Source: Dehalococcoidia bacterium
GTDB taxonomy: Bacteria; Chloroflexota; Dehalococcoidia; Lucifugimonadales; Australimonadaceae
Length of the DNA: 64,000 bases
Direction: 5' to 3'
NCBI GenBank assembly: GCA_965116305.1
Contig: OZ220673.1
Span: 2,330,183 to 2,394,182 of the forward strand
The notes beneath the pieces are model-generated. The model saw nothing but the letters and a program-made list of their open reading frames with translations. It ran no database searches and was not told the origin of the DNA. A program made the translations under genes and the position numbers. The number at the start of each line of letters is the position of its first letter. Within the stretch, counting starts at the first letter, position 1. Below are positions 1-8,646 of the stretch, one piece after another.

Positions 1-257
1 AGGAAGAAGTTGACATACTCCCTGTCGCTCATCGAGTGGATGACCCCAACCACCTCCAGATCCGTCGGCGAGATGTCTATGCCCGCCTCTTCCCTCGCCT
101 CGCGGATCATGGAGGTCTTGAGGTCCTCACCTGCCTCGACGTGGCCCGCAATCATGCTGTAGGAGCCGTCCGCGAACCCCGTGTTGTACCGACGGAGCAT
201 CAGGACCCTGCCGCCTTTGACCAGCAGCAGGTAGACCGCGATCGGTGCCAGCAGCAT
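1..257 (-). CDS. NUDIX hydrolase (N-terminal part; C-terminus lies beyond the window start)
   Basis: Own translation of the reverse strand from ATG at 257: MLLAPIAVYLLLVKGGRVLMLRRYNTGFADGSYSMIAGHVEAGEDLKTSMIREAREEAGIDISP... This is a perfect Nudix box (G-x5-E-x7-RE-A-x-EE-x-G-I). It is absent from the ORF track because it runs off the edge. Confidence 0.8.
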   Translation of the reverse strand, partial: MLLAPIAVYLLLVKGGRVLMLRRYNTGFADGSYSMIAGHVEAGEDLKTSMIREAREEAGIDISPTDLEVVGVIHSMSDREYVNFF

Positions 258-277
258 CGTTCCCCGGACGAGTCCTC

Positions 278-1447
278 CTACAGCCCGCGGCCTGCTGTGG
301 CGTCGAGGACGGCGCCCTGCTCCTCTGAAGCGTCGTACTCCCACTTGTAGTGGGGGTCCTGGTACGCCCCCTCCGGCATGAGGCTCTCCAGGCCGCGCTT
401 GCCGAGCTCTTCCTCGAACATCTCGCGGATCCACGACTCCTCGCTCGGGTACTCCACCTGGTCGAGCAGCGGGTTCATGCGGTTGCTGAGGCCGCGCATC
501 TGGCGGATAGGCGAGAGCGCGAGGTAGCGCGCAGGCTCCACGCTCACATTGAAGTGCTGGTGGAACCAGCGGTTCGGCGGCACGAACATGCTGGCCTCAT
601 GCCACGGAACGATGACCTTCTCCTGGCCCTCCGGCCACATGATGGAGTAACCCTCGCCGGCGGGGATGATGATGACGACGCCCGGCCCATGGCGGTGCGC
701 CTTCTTGTAGGTGCCCGGCGGGAAGACGGACATGTGTCCGCCCATCTCCGAGTGCGGGAACTGGATGTCCACGACGTGGCCGCCGCCCCCGCGCTGGCGG
801 TGCGGGACGAGGCCACTCCATGCCGCGAGGTCCGTGAAGAAGTTGCCGAACCAGCTCGCGCCGCGTCCGCCCGGCGAGCGCTTCGCAACCGAGTACAACT
901 CGTCTTCGGAGGCCTCCAGCAGGCTGGGGTCCTCGTAGGTGTTGTTGAAGAAGTACGTTGGGTCGGGGACGAGCGACATGGCTACCGGCAGGTATGTGTT
1001 GCTGATGAGCCGCGCAGCACGGTCGCCGCGGGCGTTCGCGAACTGGCGGACCGCGCCGCGCGGGATGACGAAGAGGCTGCGCGGGCTGAACTCGAACGTT
1101 CTGCGCTCGACGCCTTCCGCCCAGACCGTGGCGAGCCCCTGCCCGTCCGCGACGTAGACGACCTCGTCGAGTGCGAAACGCATGGGCTTGGTCGAGCCGC
1201 CCGGCGGGATCTCGGTGATGCGCGCATCGGCGACCCCTTCCATGCCCTCGAGCTGGATGAAGGCGGCGTTGCATCCCATCTCCGGCCATGGAGCGACCTC
1301 CAGGTTGCGGACGTCCTCCACGTAGTAGCCCTTGTGAACGGGCAACTCGAGCGATTCGACCCACTGATCGTATGGATGCTGCCTTGCACGCGCGTCCGTG
1401 TCTATGGTGACCTTTTCCAGCGTTACGATGTCTGTCTGCTGCGCCAT
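278..1447 (-). CDS. bicupin protein (gentisate 1,2-dioxygenase-like cupin family), substrate unknown
   Basis: 389-aa ORF with two cupin-like barrels (ITEIPPGGSTKPMRFALDEVVYVADGQG and HMSVFPPGTYKKAHRHGPGVVIIIPAGEGYS). The family call is from memory of cupin signatures. Confidence 0.65.
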   Translation of the reverse strand: MAQQTDIVTLEKVTIDTDARARQHPYDQWVESLELPVHKGYYVEDVRNLEVAPWPEMGCNAAFIQLEGMEGVADARITEIPPGGSTKPMRFALDEVVYVADGQGLATVWAEGVERRTFEFSPRSLFVIPRGAVRQFANARGDRAARLISNTYLPVAMSLVPDPTYFFNNTYEDPSLLEASEDELYSVAKRSPGGRGASWFGNFFTDLAAWSGLVPHRQRGGGGHVVDIQFPHSEMGGHMSVFPPGTYKKAHRHGPGVVIIIPAGEGYSIMWPEGQEKVIVPWHEASMFVPPNRWFHQHFNVSVEPARYLALSPIRQMRGLSNRMNPLLDQVEYPSEESWIREMFEEELGKRGLESLMPEGAYQDPHYKWEYDASEEQGAVLDATAGRGL

Positions 1448-1801
1448 GGTTCTCCTCCGAGCCTGTCAGGCTTGTCTGGGTGGACTCTCGCTCGCGGCGC
1501 GCGATTCGTCAAGCGTGGGAGTTGCTTCGGGCAGCATGCAGCAACACGGATCCATCAGAGCGCGACAGACACCCGGACACTCTGCGACGCCAATGCGGCA
1601 CGATCGCGACACTATGCGACAGTCCATTCACTCCTTAAGGGGAGAGAGCCAGGAGTGGAATGGCGGTGGCGTTTTCGGATTTCTGTCGCAAAGTGTCGCA
1701 TCCGGCGGGGCGGTCTCGCGGGTCTGGCCCCGACCGGCTACCAGCGTACCGCTCGGGCGGGCGTTCGCGTAAGGGGCGGGTGTCACAGGATGGCAGAGCT
1801 G

Positions 1802-1902
1802 CCGTGCGGAGATTGATGGGGTAATCACCGCATAATATGCGGTGATTAGGTTGCGCCGTGCGGAGATTAGAGGCTACAATCTCCGCATATGATGCGGAGA
1901 AA
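1802..1902 (+). promoter_or_regulatory. operator-like repeat cluster directly upstream of, and overlapping, the fic start
   Basis: Perfect 12-bp inverted repeat TAATCACCGCAT-N3-ATGCGGTGATTA (1822-1848). Direct repeat CCGTGCGGAGATT at 1802-1814 and 1856-1868. Inverted repeat TGCGGAGAT (1859-1867) / ATCTCCGCA (1879-1887). A third TGCGGAGA lies at 1893-1900 inside the first codons. Confidence 0.4.
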
Positions 1903-3001
1903 ACACATACAGTACATACACCAGGAGGCGGACTGGCCTAACTTCCGGTGGCAGTTGGAGAGGCTGGCCGAGCCGCTGGCTGCTATGCGGCACCGGCAGG
2001 GACGCTTGCTGGGGCGCATGAGCGCGCTCGGGTTCGACCTCCGCCAAGAGGCCGTACTCGGTATGCTGACCGAGGACGTTGTAAGGAGCAGTGAGATCGA
2101 GGGCGAAGTGCTCGACACCGAACAGGTGCGGTCTTCGGTCGCCCGGCGTCTCGGAATGGACACGGGGGGCCTGCTGCACGTGGACCGCAACGTCGAAGGC
2201 ATCGTCGAGCTGATGCTGGATGCGACCGAGCACTATGGCCAGCCTCTCACCGAGGAGCGGTTGTTCGACTGGCATGCAGCGCTCTTCCCCTCAGGGCGGA
2301 ACAACATGGGGCGGATCGAAGTGGGGGGGTGGCGCACCGGCCCCATGCAGGTGGTGTCCGGCGCCATCGGCCGGGAACACGTGCATTTCGAGGCTCCTCC
2401 AGGCGAGCGCGTCCCAGAGGAGATCCGGACGTTTCTCGACTGGTTCAACGCACCCGCCGACACGGATGAGGTGCTCAAGGCAGGGCTGGCCCACCTCTGG
2501 TTCGTGACTGTGCACCCGTTCGACGACGGCAACGGGCGCATCGCCAGGGCAATAGCCGATATGGCGCTCGCGCGCTCCGAGGGCAGTCCGCAGCGCTTCT
2601 ACAGCATGTCTTCCCAAATCAGGAAAGAGCGGCGCGCCTACTACGATGTGCTGGAGCGAACGCAGCAGGGCACGATGGACGTAACCGACTGGATGCACTG
2701 GTTCGTGATCTGCCTGGGACAGGCGATAGACAACGCAGAGACGACACTGACGGCTGTCCTTGCGAAGGCTCGGTTCTGGGAGCGTATCGAGGGCATGTCC
2801 ATCACCGAGCGCCAGCGAACTGCCCTCAATCACCTCCTGGACGGCCCCGAAAGCAAACTCACCACGTCCCAGTGGGCGAGGATGACACGGTGCTCACAGG
2901 ACACCGCGCTGCGCGACATCACCGACCTGATGGAGCGCGACATCCTCGTGCGGAACCCCCAAGGAGGGCGGAGCACGAGCTATACGCTTGCCGAGGTGTG
3001 A
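1889..3001 (+). CDS. Fic family protein (AMPylase-type; class II with N-terminal inhibitory helix; C-terminal wHTH-like tail)
   Basis: Fic active-site motif HPFDDGNGRIAR. N-terminal auto-inhibition motif S-x3-E-G (SSEIEG). The ADWPNFRW N-terminus is typical of DUF4172-Fic proteins. Confidence 0.9.
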   Translation: MMRRKHIQYIHQEADWPNFRWQLERLAEPLAAMRHRQGRLLGRMSALGFDLRQEAVLGMLTEDVVRSSEIEGEVLDTEQVRSSVARRLGMDTGGLLHVDRNVEGIVELMLDATEHYGQPLTEERLFDWHAALFPSGRNNMGRIEVGGWRTGPMQVVSGAIGREHVHFEAPPGERVPEEIRTFLDWFNAPADTDEVLKAGLAHLWFVTVHPFDDGNGRIARAIADMALARSEGSPQRFYSMSSQIRKERRAYYDVLERTQQGTMDVTDWMHWFVICLGQAIDNAETTLTAVLAKARFWERIEGMSITERQRTALNHLLDGPESKLTTSQWARMTRCSQDTALRDITDLMERDILVRNPQGGRSTSYTLAEV

Positions 3002-3011
3002 GCGCCACTCC

Positions 3012-3746
3012 TCAGCGTTCGTCGGGCTGCGTCTGCTGTTGCAGCACCGTGATGTCGTAGCCGAGCGCGGCGAGCGGACTTCCGTCGGTATCGAAGAGTT
3101 CGGCTTCGAAGCGGGGAGCCGGGCGGACGTTGCCGCCGAGCACCGGCAGCGTGCCGGAGAAGACGACGGTCCCCGCGCCGGGGTCCGGGCCGATCAGTTC
3201 CAGCAGGCGCTCGGGGCGGATGAGCTGGGCGAGCGTGCCGTCCTGGTAGTCCTCGAGGTCGGCGAACGCGCCTCCTTCGCGGACCCTGCTCCGCAGGCGC
3301 AGGTCGTCCCACCGGGGCAGCAGGTCGTCGAGACGCCAGATCTGCCTGCTGAGTATCTTCGGATAGACCTGCTTGGACTTCTCTATGGAGAGGCTCTCGA
3401 GGCCGCGGTCGGTATGGTCGCTCCCGATGCAGACGTAGACATCGTCCCGGCCGATGAGCAGGACGTACTCGGCCTCGCCGGACGACGTGCCGTCGAGCGC
3501 CCAGACGACGCCGTCCACCTGGAGCACCATCGGGTTCGCCACGAATACCCACGGCACGTGCTCCGGACGCGGCACGCCCAGGAGGGCGAGCTCGGCGATG
3601 TGCTCCTCTACCGCCGCCGGGTCGCGGCCCGTGTAGCCCCCGGCGAGCAGCCTGCGCGCTGCGAACCGCATCGGCGCTCCCGCGTGGTCGAACGTGAGCA
3701 TCCTGTTGGGCCTCTTCGCCGGTACAGCCATCTCATCACCGCTCAT
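3012..3746 (-). CDS. DUF2848-like protein (start uncertain; alternative ATG at 3701)
   Basis: 244-aa ORF with native codon bias, overlapping the upstream cupin gene by 11 nt. The DUF2848 assignment is from memory of the family and needs an HMM check. Confidence 0.5.
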   Translation of the reverse strand: MSGDEMAVPAKRPNRMLTFDHAGAPMRFAARRLLAGGYTGRDPAAVEEHIAELALLGVPRPEHVPWVFVANPMVLQVDGVVWALDGTSSGEAEYVLLIGRDDVYVCIGSDHTDRGLESLSIEKSKQVYPKILSRQIWRLDDLLPRWDDLRLRSRVREGGAFADLEDYQDGTLAQLIRPERLLELIGPDPGAGTVVFSGTLPVLGGNVRPAPRFEAELFDTDGSPLAALGYDITVLQQQTQPDER

Positions 3747-4080
3747 AGTGCCGCACCTCGAACGTCCGACAGCCGTCGGGCGATATCCAGGGGCCGTGGG
3801 GCATGCCGGGCGGGCGGCAGGCGTACATGCCGGCGGTGAACGTCTCGTCCAGCGGGATGTCGTGGATGCTGCCCTCGATGATCCAGACCTCCTCCCAGAA
3901 GTCGTGCACCTGCGGGCCCATCGCCGAGGTGTCGGTGCCCGGCTCGAAGCGCAGCAGGCGCGTGTAGTCGCCGGTCACCTCGTCGCGTGAGAGTATCTGC
4001 TGGCTGAGGCCCTCCACCGGCGGGATGGGCTCGCTCGGGATGTCCGAGGGATCGAAGAACTCCAACTCAGGTTTCGCCAC
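3736..4080 (-). CDS. small single-domain cupin protein
   Basis: 114-aa ORF. The barrel-like segment EEVWIIEGSIHD...ACRPPGMPHGPW is typical of small cupins. Confidence 0.6.
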   Translation of the reverse strand: MAKPELEFFDPSDIPSEPIPPVEGLSQQILSRDEVTGDYTRLLRFEPGTDTSAMGPQVHDFWEEVWIIEGSIHDIPLDETFTAGMYACRPPGMPHGPWISPDGCRTFEVRHYER

Positions 4081-4102
4081 AGTTACTCCTCTCTTACGCC
4101 GC

Positions 4103-5038
4103 TTAAGACGTCCAGAACCCGGCGAACCGGGTAGCCACAGCCTGTTCGTACGGGACGGGGCTGTCGAGCAACCCCATGCCCTGTGCGAACCGGTTCATCC
4201 GTTCGACGGTCTCCTCCGATATCGACGGGTCGTAGTACGGCAGGTCCCGCTGGATGAGCTCGGCGATCAACGACGCCTCCTGGGCAGGGAACCGCTTCTG
4301 TCCGACCTCCGTCGCCCGCGAGGCGTCGGCCTTCAGCATACGCTGCGCCGCCACGATGGCGCGCACCGCGGCGGCGACCTCGTCAGGCTGTCCGGCGATC
4401 CGGCTGTCAGTGGTCACGAACGCGGGGAACGTGTAGCCGCGCGCCGCAGGCGGGCCGTCGCCTCGCCGCACGTCGAGCACGACGCTGCCCGCACCGGAGC
4501 GCACGGCGACCTCCGTGCCCATGCCGTTCGCCCAGAAGCCGTCTATCGCGCCGTCGGCCAGCGACCTCGCCGCCTGCACACCGAACGAGACGCCGGAGCC
4601 GGTCGCGCCCGGCACGGGGCCGATGTTCACGCTGTCGCGCTCCGGGTTGATGCCCGCCTCCCGGAGCATCTGCTCCAGACCGTCGCGGGGGCCGGGCGCA
4701 GCGCCGATGCGGAGTCCCTTCACGGCCTCGATATCGCCGCGCCGAGCGCCGAGGTCGCTCCTGAGCACGAGGAACCAGTACATGTGCTGCGCGAGCGCCG
4801 CGAGCAGCGACGCGCCCTCCCACCGGGGAAACGCCGTCAGCACGGCGTGCGCCGAGCCTGCCACATAGTCGAGTTCGCCGTCGCGGAGCATCTCCATCGC
4901 CCGCGTGACGGGGAATACGAGTTCGATGTCGGCATCGAGGCCCTCAGCCTCGAACGCGCCGAGGTCGACGGCGGCGATTGCGGGGAAGTACGAGTTCGAG
5001 ACGAGGTCGGGCACGCCGATGCGCAAGGTTTCCTCCAT
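4103..5038 (-). CDS. NMT1/THI5-like (SsuA/TauA-type) substrate-binding protein, no obvious signal peptide
   Basis: Start chosen at ATG 5038 (MEETLRIGVPDLVSNSYFPAIAAVDLGAFEAEGLD...). The longer 450-aa ORF adds a low-complexity extension that runs over the divergent ATPase start. Confidence 0.7.
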   Translation of the reverse strand: MEETLRIGVPDLVSNSYFPAIAAVDLGAFEAEGLDADIELVFPVTRAMEMLRDGELDYVAGSAHAVLTAFPRWEGASLLAALAQHMYWFLVLRSDLGARRGDIEAVKGLRIGAAPGPRDGLEQMLREAGINPERDSVNIGPVPGATGSGVSFGVQAARSLADGAIDGFWANGMGTEVAVRSGAGSVVLDVRRGDGPPAARGYTFPAFVTTDSRIAGQPDEVAAAVRAIVAAQRMLKADASRATEVGQKRFPAQEASLIAELIQRDLPYYDPSISEETVERMNRFAQGMGLLDSPVPYEQAVATRFAGFWTS

Positions 5039-5198
5039 GGCCGTGTTGCCAGGCAGCCGCGAGTGTGCCAAGCGCCGGGCGGGCAGGTCAACCGGCCGCG
5101 CGGCCGCGCCGGGCCGTCCGGCATTCCAGAGGCGCTTCGGTGCACGCGCTAATGGACCGTCAGCCATACCCCTACGGCGCACGGTTATACTCCCCTGC

Positions 5199-7829
5199 AT
5201 GCAGGCTCCCGTCGAGGACACCCCCCAGGCATCCTGGCACAGTTCGTCGGTGGAGGAGGCTCTCGAAGGTCTCTCCACATCCGCTTCGGGACTGTCATCG
5301 ACTGAGGCGTCGGCCCGCCTTGCCACGTACGGGCCGAACCAACTGACCGGTGCCCCACCCGTCTCCGCGCTCAAGCTGCTGCTGGACGAGTTCCGCAGCC
5401 CGCTCGTGCTCGTGCTCATCGGCGCGGCGGCGGTGCTGGTAGGCGTCGCGCTCATCGCGGAGGAGTCCGACCACTACATAGACGCCGGGCTCATCGCGCT
5501 CATCGTGGTGCTGAACGCGTGCCTGGGCTTCACGCAGAACTACCGCGCAAGCCGGGGCATCGAGGCGCTGAACCGCCTGGCCGCTCCTTCCGCGACGGTG
5601 CTCCGTGACGGCGTCGCGGAGCAGGTGGACGCCAAGGTGCTCGTTCCGGGAGACGTCGTGCTGCTGGAAGAGGGTTCGCGTATCCCCGCCGACGGACGGG
5701 TCATCAGCAGCATCGACCTCAGCGTCGACGAAGCGGCGCTCACCGGCGAGAGCCTGCCCGTCCGCAAGAACACGCAGCCGGTCTCCGCCGACGCGTCGCT
5801 GGCCGAGCGGTTCTGCATGGCGTACAGCGGCACGGTCGTGATGCGCGGGCGGGGGCGGATGCTGATAGCCCGCACCGGCATGCAAACGGAGGTCGGCGGC
5901 ATCGCCGCGGAGGTGCAGACGACGGAGAGCGAGCCGACCGTCTTCCAACGCGAGATCAGCCGCCTCGCAGCGCGGATCGGCTGGGCGGTCGCGGTGCTCA
6001 TCGGCATCGTCGTGGTGCTGCAGCTGGTGACCGGCGACCTGAGCCTGCTGGAAACGTTCATCACCGCGGTCGCGCTTGCCGTCGCGGCGGTCCCGGAGGG
6101 GCTGCCGGTCGTCCTCACGCTCGCGCTCGCATTCGGCACGCGGCGCATGCTGGAACGGAAGGCGCTCGTGCGCTCGCTGCCGGTCGTGGAGATCGTCGGC
6201 GCGGCGGAGGTCATATGCACCGACAAGACGGGCACGGTCACGGAAGGCCGCATGACGATGCGGCGCGTGGCAACGCTCACCGAGGAGCTGGACGCGCACG
6301 ACGTCACGCCCGGCGCGCACGAGGAACCGATCGGCATCTCACTCCTGGTTGCGGGCCTGTGCAACAACGCGCACCGGCACCCTGAGTACGGCTACGTGGG
6401 CGACCCGACAGAGACGGCGCTGCTGGAGTTCGCGGAGCGCGCGGGCGCGCCGCTGGGCGAGTACGAGCGAACGGGCGAGGTCCCATTCACGTCCGAGCGT
6501 CGGATGATGTCGGTAGCCGTCCAGCACCCCGTGGCAGCCGACGGCCTGCTGCTGACGAAGGGGGCACTGGAGGCGGTGCTCCCGCTCTGCACGAGCATCA
6601 GGACGCCGGGCGGAGTGTCGCCGCTGAGCGACGCAGAGCGCAACGCGCTGCTGGAGCAGAACGTCGGGCTGGCGGGACAGGCGCTGCGCGTGCTGGCGTT
6701 CGCGTACAGGGAGCAGCCCGCCGACGCGCCGATGGTCGAGGAGGGGCTGACGTTCGCCGCGCTGGGGGCGATGAGCGACCCGCCGAGACCGGAGGCCACG
6801 CACGCCATCGAGGCGGCGCACCGGGCCGGCATCCGCGTGGTGATGATCACGGGCGACAACAGCCTCACTGCGGCGGCGATAGGCAAGGAAGTGGGGTTGG
6901 ACGGTGAGTCCATCGAGGCGAAGGAGCTCGACGGGCTGGACGAGGCTGAACTGAAGCGCGTCATCGACGGGACGAGCATCTTCGCGCGGGCCGAGCCGCG
7001 CCACAAAGTGCTCATCCTCCGGACGCTCAAGGAGAAGCACGACGTCGTACTGATGACGGGGGACGGCGTGAACGACGCCCCTGCCCTGCACAACGCGGAC
7101 GTGGGCGTCGCGATGGGCATCAAGGGCACGGACGTCGCCCGCGACACGTCGGACATGGTCCTGCTCGACGACAACCTCGCGACCATCGTCGCCGCCGTCG
7201 AAGAAGGCCGGCGGATATTCCGGAACATCAAGAAGTTCGTGAACTACATGCTCACGGGCAACCTCGCCGAGGTGCTCGTCATCCTCGTGGCAACCGTGTT
7301 CGGCTACCTGCCGGTGACGGCCGTGCAGATCCTGTGGATCAACCTCGTCACGGACTCCGGCCCGGCGGTCGCGCTGGCGTCGGACCCCGCGCCGCAGGGA
7401 GCGATGCGCGAGCCTCCGCGTCATGGCGCGGTGCTGGGACGCTCGATGGCCGCGCTCGTGGGCAGTGTCGGCATAGTCATGACGATCATCCTCATCGCCA
7501 CGTTCTTCATCGGGCTGCGGCTGTGGGACCTGGAGACAGCCCGGACGATGACGTTCACCGGCTTCGTCGTGCAGGAGTACCTGCGACTGCTGGTCATCCG
7601 CGTCCAGGAGGGAATGTCCATCTGCACGAACCGTTGGCTCTGGGGATCGGTGAGCGTGAGCCTGCTCATGCAGGCAGTCATCCTCTACACACCCATCGGC
7701 AGCGCGGCGTTCGACACGGTGCCGCTGGGGCTGGAACAGTGGGGTATCCTGCTGGCAGGGCTGCTGGTGGGCTTCGCCGTGACTACCGTCACCGGGAAGC
7801 TGGTCGTGCGGCGGTTCGGCCCCCTGTAG
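5199..7829 (+). CDS. cation-transporting P-type ATPase (P2/Ca2+-ATPase-like)
   Basis: Motifs CTDKTGTVTEG (phosphorylation site), PEGLPVV, MITGDN and [11 protein letters not shown], plus a Cation_ATPase_N-like start SVEEALEGLSTSASGLSSTEASARLATYGPNQL. Start set at ATG 5199. Confidence 0.9.
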   Translation: MQAPVEDTPQASWHSSSVEEALEGLSTSASGLSSTEASARLATYGPNQLTGAPPVSALKLLLDEFRSPLVLVLIGAAAVLVGVALIAEESDHYIDAGLIALIVVLNACLGFTQNYRASRGIEALNRLAAPSATVLRDGVAEQVDAKVLVPGDVVLLEEGSRIPADGRVISSIDLSVDEAALTGESLPVRKNTQPVSADASLAERFCMAYSGTVVMRGRGRMLIARTGMQTEVGGIAAEVQTTESEPTVFQREISRLAARIGWAVAVLIGIVVVLQLVTGDLSLLETFITAVALAVAAVPEGLPVVLTLALAFGTRRMLERKALVRSLPVVEIVGAAEVICTDKTGTVTEGRMTMRRVATLTEELDAHDVTPGAHEEPIGISLLVAGLCNNAHRHPEYGYVGDPTETALLEFAERAGAPLGEYERTGEVPFTSERRMMSVAVQHPVAADGLLLTKGALEAVLPLCTSIRTPGGVSPLSDAERNALLEQNVGLAGQALRVLAFAYREQPADAPMVEEGLTFAALGAMSDPPRPEATHAIEAAHRAGIRVVMITGDNSLTAAAIGKEVGLDGESIEAKELDGLDEAELKRVIDGTSIFARAEPRHKVLILRTLKEKHDVVLMTGDGVNDAPALHNADVGVAMGIKGTDVARDTSDMVLLDDNLATIVAAVEEGRRIFRNIKKFVNYMLTGNLAEVLVILVATVFGYLPVTAVQILWINLVTDSGPAVALASDPAPQGAMREPPRHGAVLGRSMAALVGSVGIVMTIILIATFFIGLRLWDLETARTMTFTGFVVQEYLRLLVIRVQEGMSICTNRWLWGSVSVSLLMQAVILYTPIGSAAFDTVPLGLEQWGILLAGLLVGFAVTTVTGKLVVRRFGPL

Positions 7830-7872
7830 GGAACCCCCAACCCGCAGACGGCAGGCCGAAGGGCACACCCCG

Positions 7873-8646
7873 ATGCACATCAGAGAGAGCGTAGTGCACC
7901 TGCTCGAGACGCAGCTGGCCAGGAGCCTGCTCGCACTGGCCGTCCTCGTGGCCGTGGCCATCGCGGGGTACGTGCTGATCGAGGGCTGGTCGCTCCTCGA
8001 CGCCGCCTACATGACCGTCGTCACCTTCACGACCGTCGGCTTCGAGGAGGTGCACCCGCTCTCTTCCACCGGGCGTGTCTTCACCATGTTCCTCATGGTG
8101 ACCGGCGTGGGGGTGATGCTCTACATCCTGACGAGCGTGATGCACCTGATCGTGGCGCAGGAGGCGCTGCGCAACCTGGTGCGGAGGCGCAGAATGAGGG
8201 CGCGTATGGCGAAACTCAGCGGACATTTCATCGTGTGCGGCTTCGGACGCGTCGGCAAGGCGGTCGCATCCACGCTCCAGGAGCAGTCTGCCAATCTCAT
8301 CGTGATCGACAAGGATGCAGAGACGCTGGCCGAAGCCGAGGAGCGCGGCATGCTCTGGGTACACGGCGATTCGACGCAGGACGAGCACCTGCTGGCCGCT
8401 CACGTCAGGGAAGCGCGCGGGCTCGTCGCAGCCACGGGCGACGACAGCCACAACGTCTACGTGTCGCTGACTGCCCGCGGACTCAACCCGGACCTGTACA
8501 TCGTGGCCCGGGCTTCCCGCTCCGACGCTGAGGACAAGTTGCGCAGAGCAGGCGCCGACGAGGTGGTCCTGCCGCACGTCATCGGCGGGAAAGAGATGGC
8601 GCTCTCGGCGATGGCAAGAGCGCAGCAGGAAGGCGAGGCAGGCTAA
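7873..8646 (+). CDS. 2-TM potassium-channel-like protein with C-terminal RCK/TrkA-N domain
   Basis: Pore segment MTVVTFTTVGFEEVHP between two hydrophobic helices. Rossmann-like GHFIVCGFGRVG followed by an RCK-type domain. Confidence 0.8.
   Translation: MHIRESVVHLLETQLARSLLALAVLVAVAIAGYVLIEGWSLLDAAYMTVVTFTTVGFEEVHPLSSTGRVFTMFLMVTGVGVMLYILTSVMHLIVAQEALRNLVRRRRMRARMAKLSGHFIVCGFGRVGKAVASTLQEQSANLIVIDKDAETLAEAEERGMLWVHGDSTQDEHLLAAHVREARGLVAATGDDSHNVYVSLTARGLNPDLYIVARASRSDAEDKLRRAGADEVVLPHVIGGKEMALSAMARAQQEGEAG

Noticed and set aside
350-1816. 488-aa plus-strand ORF, together with several nested ORFs over the bicupin gene
   Set aside because: It is Arg/Ala/Gly/Val-rich low-complexity translation antisense to a gene with clear cupin motifs. 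This is a typical shadow ORF of high-GC DNA.
4103-5455. Long N-terminal extensions offered by the track for the SBP (450 aa), tyrS (577 aa), gldG-like (780 aa), purL (905 aa), dnaC-like (522 aa) and aroG (393 aa) ORFs
   Set aside because: The extensions are low-complexity, overlap neighbouring real genes or regulatory RNAs, and internal starts reproduce canonical N-termini. The internal starts were used.
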